Positions 59,274 through 64,000 of a stretch of DNA of 64,000 nucleotides are shown here, piece by piece. The stretch is taken from NCBI GenBank assembly GCA_963794305.1, contig CAWCDQ010000024.1, positions 43,648-107,647 of the forward strand. Reading direction: 5' to 3'. This DNA is from an uncultured Acidobacteriota bacterium (GTDB lineage Bacteria; Acidobacteriota; Vicinamibacteria; Vicinamibacterales; CAVVIG01). The notes below the pieces were generated by a model. The model saw only the letters and a list, made by a program, of their open reading frames with translations, had not been told where the DNA came from and ran no database searches. A program made the position numbers and the translations under genes. Within the stretch, counting starts at the first letter, position 1; each line of letters starts with the position of its first letter.

Positions 59274-60259
59274 GCGCATCGTTTCTCGAACTGATCGATC
59301 TCGCCTCCGTGCGCCTTGGCGCGTCGGTGGTCGCCGCCAACGACGAGTTCTTCGCGGAGAAGGAAAACCTGATCAAGTCGGCCGCGCCGGTGTGGCGCGA
59401 AGGCGAGTACACCGATCGCGGCAAGTGGATGGACGGCTGGGAGACGCGCCGCCGCCGCGACCTGGGTCCCGACGCGCACGACTGGTGCATCGTGCGGCTG
59501 GGCACGAGGGGAATTGCACGCGGCGTCGACGTGAACACCGCGTTCTTCACCGGCAACTATCCGGAGTCGTGCGCGATCGATGGCTGCGATCTGCCCGGCA
59601 CGCCAACGCCGGAGGCGCTCGTGCGGGCGGCGTGGCGCGAGTTGATGCCGCGCGGTCCGCTCAAAGGCGACGCGCACAACATCATCGCCATCGACAACGC
59701 TCCGGCGGCGACACACCTGAGGCTTCGCATCTACCCGGACGGCGGCGTTGCGCGCCTGCGCGTCCACGGCGAAGTCGTCGCCGATTGGGATCGGCTGCGC
59801 CGTCACGGAGACGTCGACCTGGCCGCCGCCGAGCATGGCGGAACCGTCGTCGCGTGCAGCGACATGTTCTACGGATCGCGGCACAATCTGATCATGCCCG
59901 GCGAGGCGACGCACATGGGCGACGGATGGGAAACGAAGCGGCGCCGCGGTCCCGGCAACGACTGGACGATCGTCCGGCTCGGCGCCGAAGGGACGATCCG
60001 GCGGGTTGACGTCGATACGCGTCATTTCAAAGGGAACGCGCCCGGCGAATGCAGCGTCGACGCGGTCCGGCTCGCGGAGGGTCAGCTGCTCGAGAACGCG
60101 GCGTGGCATGAGCTGCTGCCACGCACGCCGCTGCAGCCTCATACCCGTCATGCGTTCGAAGAAGAGCTGCGGGATGTCGGCGACGCCACGCACGCGCGCC
60201 TCAACATTTTTCCCGACGGCGGCATCGCGCGCCTGCGGCTCTGGGGACGACCGCGATGA
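59270..60259 (+). CDS. alc: Allantoicase
   Basis: Two repeats of DGWET(R/K)RRR; PDGGVARLRVHG. Confidence 0.93.
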   Translation: MSASFLELIDLASVRLGASVVAANDEFFAEKENLIKSAAPVWREGEYTDRGKWMDGWETRRRRDLGPDAHDWCIVRLGTRGIARGVDVNTAFFTGNYPESCAIDGCDLPGTPTPEALVRAAWRELMPRGPLKGDAHNIIAIDNAPAATHLRLRIYPDGGVARLRVHGEVVADWDRLRRHGDVDLAAAEHGGTVVACSDMFYGSRHNLIMPGEATHMGDGWETKRRRGPGNDWTIVRLGAEGTIRRVDVDTRHFKGNAPGECSVDAVRLAEGQLLENAAWHELLPRTPLQPHTRHAFEEELRDVGDATHARLNIFPDGGIARLRLWGRPR

Positions 60260-60334
60260 GCCGGCAGACGAAGCTCTTGCGATTGCACACGCGCGCCGTG
60301 TTCACGCGTGGCGCGGCCTCCACCGGTTGACGAG

Positions 60335-60874
60335 ATGCGCCTCGCCGAACTCAACGCGCTCGATGAGAACAGGGCGGCGGACGAATTGCGGCGTTGCTGC
60401 GGGTCGTCGCGGTGGGCGCGGCAGATGGCTCAGGCGCGGCCGTTCGACGGCATCGACGCGCTGACCGCCGCGGCGGACTCGGTCTGGAGGGCGTTGGATC
60501 GGGCCGACTGGCTCGAAGCCTTCGCGGCGCATCCTCGGATTGGCGCGGGCTCTGCCGGGAGATCGGAAACCGACGCGAGCTCCCGGCCGGACGGGACCGC
60601 CGCCTGGTCGGACGCGGAGCAGGCCGGGGTTTCCGGGTCGGCGGAGCGGACGCGCCGGCGGCTCGTCGAGGCCAACGAGGACTACCTGGCCCGCTTCGGA
60701 TACATTTTCATCGTCTGTGCGACCGGCAGGACCGGCGACGAGATGCTCGACATCCTCGAGGCGCGGCTGCGCAACGATCCCGATCGGGAGCTGCGCATCG
60801 CGGGCGAGGAGCAGCGAAAAATCACGCGGCTGCGGCTGGCAAAACTAGTCGGAGAGGAACCGGATACTCCATGA
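60335..60874 (+). CDS. uraD: OHCU decarboxylase
   Basis: CCGSSRW, EAFAAHPRIG, EQAG, RFGYIFIVCATG, EQRKITRLRL. Confidence 0.92.
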   Translation: MRLAELNALDENRAADELRRCCGSSRWARQMAQARPFDGIDALTAAADSVWRALDRADWLEAFAAHPRIGAGSAGRSETDASSRPDGTAAWSDAEQAGVSGSAERTRRRLVEANEDYLARFGYIFIVCATGRTGDEMLDILEARLRNDPDRELRIAGEEQRKITRLRLAKLVGEEPDTP

Positions 60875-61203
60875 TCACGACACACGTGCTCGACATCGCG
60901 CGCGGACAGCCCGCCGGAGGCGTGACGGTGATCCTCGAGTTGCGTCAGGCCAGCGAGTGGACGCCGGTCGGCCGGGGAACCACCGACGAGAAGGGCCGCT
61001 TGAACTCGTTGACCGACGGCCCCGTGTCGCCGGGCACGTATCGTCTGACGTTCGACATCGGCGCCTTCCATCGCAGCCAGGGGCTCGCCGTCGCGTTTTT
61101 TCCGGAGGTCAAGATCACGTTCAACGTCCGCGATCCGGACGAGCACTTCCACGTGCCCCTGCTGCTCAGCCCGTTCGGTTACAGCACCTACCGGGGGGCC
61201 TAG
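60871..61203 (+). CDS. uraH: 5-hydroxyisourate hydrolase
   Basis: ITTHVLD, HFHVPLLLSPFGYSTYRGA. Confidence 0.93.
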   Translation: MITTHVLDIARGQPAGGVTVILELRQASEWTPVGRGTTDEKGRLNSLTDGPVSPGTYRLTFDIGAFHRSQGLAVAFFPEVKITFNVRDPDEHFHVPLLLSPFGYSTYRGA

Positions 61204-61204
61204 A

Positions 61205-61304
61205 CGCCACCACGGAGCTCTCCGCCACGGTGAACACGGCGGACGCAGAGGTAGAATCCTGTACAGTCTGAACCTCAGTGTCTCCGTGTCCCGCAGTGGT
61301 GGCG
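61205..61304. repeat. Periodic CACGGAG/CTCCGTG-type hairpin between uraH and uricase
   Basis: cgccaccacggag...cacggcggacgcagagg...cctcagtgtctccgtgtcc...gtggtggcg. Confidence 0.7.
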
Positions 61305-61314
61305 AGTTTTTCTG

Positions 61315-62200
61315 ATGTCAGATCTGTCCTGGAACCGTTACGGCAAGTCGCGTATCCGGCTGGTCAAGGTGCGCCGGCCCCGGGCTGGTGCCGGGACTGC
61401 CGGTTCCCACGGGGCGGATGCCCCGCACGAGCTCGTCGACCTGACGATCGACGTGCAGCTCGAGGGCGACTTCGGCGCTGTTTACGTGGACGGCGACAAC
61501 ACGCCGTGCCTGGCGACAGACACGATGAAGAACACCGTCTACGCCATGGCGCGGCACGATCCCATCGACCATGTCGAAGCCTTCGCGTCGAGGCTCGCCG
61601 CGCATTTCCTGACGAAGCCGGCCGTGTCGCGCGTTCGCATCAGCGCCGTCGAGCAGCCGTGGGATCGTCTATCGGTCCGACGGACAGCCGCACCCCCACG
61701 CCTTCGTGCAGCCGGGGGGCGAGCAGTGGACCGCGGAGGTGACGTGCGACGCGCGCGGGATCGACATCGTCTCCGGACTGGCGAACCTCGTCGTGCTGAA
61801 GACGTCGGATTCCGCGTTTGCGGGGTTTCCGCGCGACGAGTACACGACGCTGCCGGACACCGACGATCGGATCATGGCGACCTCGATCCGCGCGGCCTGG
61901 ACGTATCGCCGAGGTTCAATCGACTTCTCGGTTCGAGCGGCCGTGCGCCGGGCGCTCCTCGAAACGTTCGCCGCGCACGTCAGCCGCTCGGTCCAGCACA
62001 CGCTGTATGCGATGGGGGAGGCGGCCTTGTCCGCATGCCCCGACGTCACGGACATCACGCTCTCGCTGCCGAACCGGCATCACCTGCTCGTCGACCTGAA
62101 ACCGTTCGGCCTCGACAACCCGAACGAGATCTTCGTGGCGACGGACCAGCCGTTCGGTCTGATCGAGGCGACGATCAGACGTGCTGAAGGGACGGCCTGA
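61315..62200 (+). CDS. pucL: Factor-independent urate hydroxylase (uricase), frameshift near 61680
   Basis: YGKSRIRLVKV, ATDTMKNT, LKTSDSAF, DEYTTL, SVQHTLY, PNRHH, PFGLIE. Confidence 0.92.
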
Positions 62201-62314
62201 AGGCCGTCCCCTACGTTTTGTGTCCAGTGTCCGCTTCGTGTCGTAGTGTCGTAGTAGGGACCGGACGTAAGGCCGGCCTGTCGTAGTCGTAGGGACCGGC
62301 CTTCAGGCCGGTCC
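62189..62314. repeat. Cluster of GTAG-type REP palindromes
   Basis: gggacggcctgaaggccgtcccctac; gtagggaccggccttcaggccggtcc. Confidence 0.8.
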
Positions 62315-62343
62315 GAACCGTACGGAGCCCAGGAGAGTTCACT

Positions 62344-63465
62344 ATGCCCGCCGACTTGTCCACGACATTCACCGGCGTTCGATTTCAGAATCCGTTTCTG
62401 CTGTCATCCGCGCCGCCGACCGAGTCGGAATCGAACATCGTCCGGGCGTTCGAGGCCGGCTGGGGAGGTGTCGTGACGAAGACCATCGGGCTGCACCCGG
62501 TGGTCAACGTGCTCGGACCGAAGACGAAGTTCCTGCGCGCCGATGTCGATTCGGCGCGGCTCTCCATGAAGAAGCGCCCCGGCGCGGCGCTGCACTCGTC
62601 GTGGAACTGGGAGCTGATCTCGGACAAGACGCTCGACTGGTGGGTGCCTCGGCTCGGCCGCATCAAGAAAGCATTTCCTCAACACGCGGTCGTCGCTTCG
62701 ATCATGGCCGGTTCCGGGAACGACACAGAGCTGCGGCATTGGCAGGAGCTTGCGCTGGCGTGCGAACAGCAGGGTTGCGACGCGCTGGAGCTCAACTTGT
62801 CCTGTCCGCACATGGATCGTCCGGACATGGGATCCAACGTCGGCAAGGACAAGGAACTCGTGTCGATCGTGACGAAAGTGGTGAAGGAGGTGGCGAAGAT
62901 TCCGGTGTGGGCCAAGCTCACGCCGTCGACCACCGACATCGTTGTCGAGGCGCGCGGCGCGTTCCTCGGCGGCGCAGACGCGATCGTGTCGTCGAATACG
63001 TTCACCTCGCTGCCGCTGATCGACAGCGACACGCTCGAGTTCGAGGTCCAGGTGGACGGTTTCGTCTCGACGGGTGGACTCGGCGGCCCGGCGATCCTTC
63101 CGCTGTCGCTCGCGAAGATGTCGCAGCTCACGCAGGCGCTCCCCGACAGGAGCTTCTCGGGCATCGGCGGCATCTCGACGTTCGATCACGCCCTGAATTA
63201 CTTTCTGCTGGGGTGCGGCACGGTGCAGGTCTGCACCGCCGCGATGCTCGATCACGCGATCGGTCCGAACATCATCAAGGGCCTGAACGAAGGACTCGCG
63301 CGCTTTCTCGAAAAGCACGCCGACAAGGGATGGACGCGGGTCGACGACTTCGTCGGACTTCGCCGCGACCGGGTCGTGCTGCAATCGAAGATCCGCCGCG
63401 CCGACGAGAAGGACTATCGCGGCGGCTACGACAGAGAAGGCTACGCCGAGCCGACGCCCGCCTGA
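62344..63465 (+). CDS. preA: Dihydropyrimidine dehydrogenase PreA-like subunit without the C-terminal ferredoxin
   Basis: NPFLLSSAPPT, GWGGVVTKT, NWELISD, ELNLSCPH, WAKLTP, SGIGGI, VQVCT. Confidence 0.85.
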   Translation: MPADLSTTFTGVRFQNPFLLSSAPPTESESNIVRAFEAGWGGVVTKTIGLHPVVNVLGPKTKFLRADVDSARLSMKKRPGAALHSSWNWELISDKTLDWWVPRLGRIKKAFPQHAVVASIMAGSGNDTELRHWQELALACEQQGCDALELNLSCPHMDRPDMGSNVGKDKELVSIVTKVVKEVAKIPVWAKLTPSTTDIVVEARGAFLGGADAIVSSNTFTSLPLIDSDTLEFEVQVDGFVSTGGLGGPAILPLSLAKMSQLTQALPDRSFSGIGGISTFDHALNYFLLGCGTVQVCTAAMLDHAIGPNIIKGLNEGLARFLEKHADKGWTRVDDFVGLRRDRVVLQSKIRRADEKDYRGGYDREGYAEPTPA

Positions 63466-63482
63466 GCGTGTTTCAAACCGAT

Positions 63483-63540
63483 GTAGTGCGGACCTTCAGG
63501 TCCGCCGTGGTGTGTGGGCAGGCCTGAAGGCCTGCACTAC
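63483..63540. repeat. GTAG-type REP doublet
   Basis: gtagtgcggaccttcaggtccgcc...gggcaggcctgaaggcctgcactac. Confidence 0.9.
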
Positions 63541-63561
63541 ACGGACTGAAATCATTCCTTC

Positions 63562-64000
63562 ATGAAGCCTCTGCTGTTGACTCTCGCAATGCTATTTGCG
63601 CTGCCGCCGGCCGCGTACGCCGACGGTCAGCATTGGGGCATGACGGTCTGGGGTTTGAGCTATCACGTGGATCGCAGTGTCGACTACAACGAGGACAACT
63701 GGGGGCTCGGGCTTCGGTACTACCTGAAGCCCGAGCGCTTCTTCGTCGAAGCCGACGCGCTGCGCAACAGCAACCGTGGACTGGTGTTGCCGGTCTCGGC
63801 CGGCGCGGAGTTCAGGATTGCGCCGCTTCCCGCCGGCTGCCGGCTCCTGGGAGTTGGCGCGCTGACGCTCGCGTACTATCAATACCCGAACAGAAATACC
63901 ACCGACATCAAGTTCGGTCCGGTGCCGGGCGTCGCCGTCGGCTGCGGGCATGTCAAGGCGAACCTCATGGCGGTGCTGCGAAAATCCTCTGAACCGCTCG
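63562..64000 (+). CDS. Secreted/outer-membrane beta-barrel protein (PagP-like), 3'-truncated
   Basis: MKPLLLTLAMLFALPPAAYA signal; SYHVDRSVDYNEDNWGLGLRY; open to the window end. Confidence 0.6.
   Translation, partial: MKPLLLTLAMLFALPPAAYADGQHWGMTVWGLSYHVDRSVDYNEDNWGLGLRYYLKPERFFVEADALRNSNRGLVLPVSAGAEFRIAPLPAGCRLLGVGALTLAYYQYPNRNTTDIKFGPVPGVAVGCGHVKANLMAVLRKSSEPL

Noticed and set aside
57734-60259. Allantoinase-allantoicase fusion (841 aa)
   Set aside because: The true AllB C-terminus is in another frame and ends at 59273, overlapping the alc ATG (ATGA).

Overview
High-GC bacterial chromosomal segment, roughly two-thirds GC by eye. Gene content and repeat style suggest Acidobacteriota (Vicinamibacterales-like); this is inference. 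Many genes are split by single-base frameshifts that look like long-read assembly errors, so CDS coordinates below are reconstructed across them. About 58 CDS: two ABC permeases, a fatty-acid desaturase, SCO, DUF72, a HerA-like ATPase, tandem secreted M20 amidohydrolases, a LemA/TPM locus, YvcK, a LigD phosphoesterase, a POT transporter, OmpA-TamA-TamB, NDH-2, topoisomerase IB, and a large purine/pyrimidine catabolic cluster (XDH, hydA, allB, alc, uraD, uraH, uricase, preA). No rRNA, tRNA or CRISPR was seen. Highlights: (1) a GxxExxY gene enclosed by 31-bp imperfect inverted repeats inside the XDH operon, with gene-less copies of the same 9-nt-periodic hairpin elsewhere, suggesting a candidate new mobile-element system; (2) a radical SAM protein whose apparent TGA stop is probably selenocysteine (C-U-A-E-P plus a SECIS-like hairpin), paired with an ATP-grasp ligase and a divergent peptide transporter; (3) a eukaryote-like ALG1 (GT33) mannosyltransferase inside the purine cluster; (4) GTAG-type REP doublets and periodic hairpins inside coding sequences, one where the catalytic Ser of a penicillin acylase should be; (5) many apparently leaderless, back-to-back divergent promoters.
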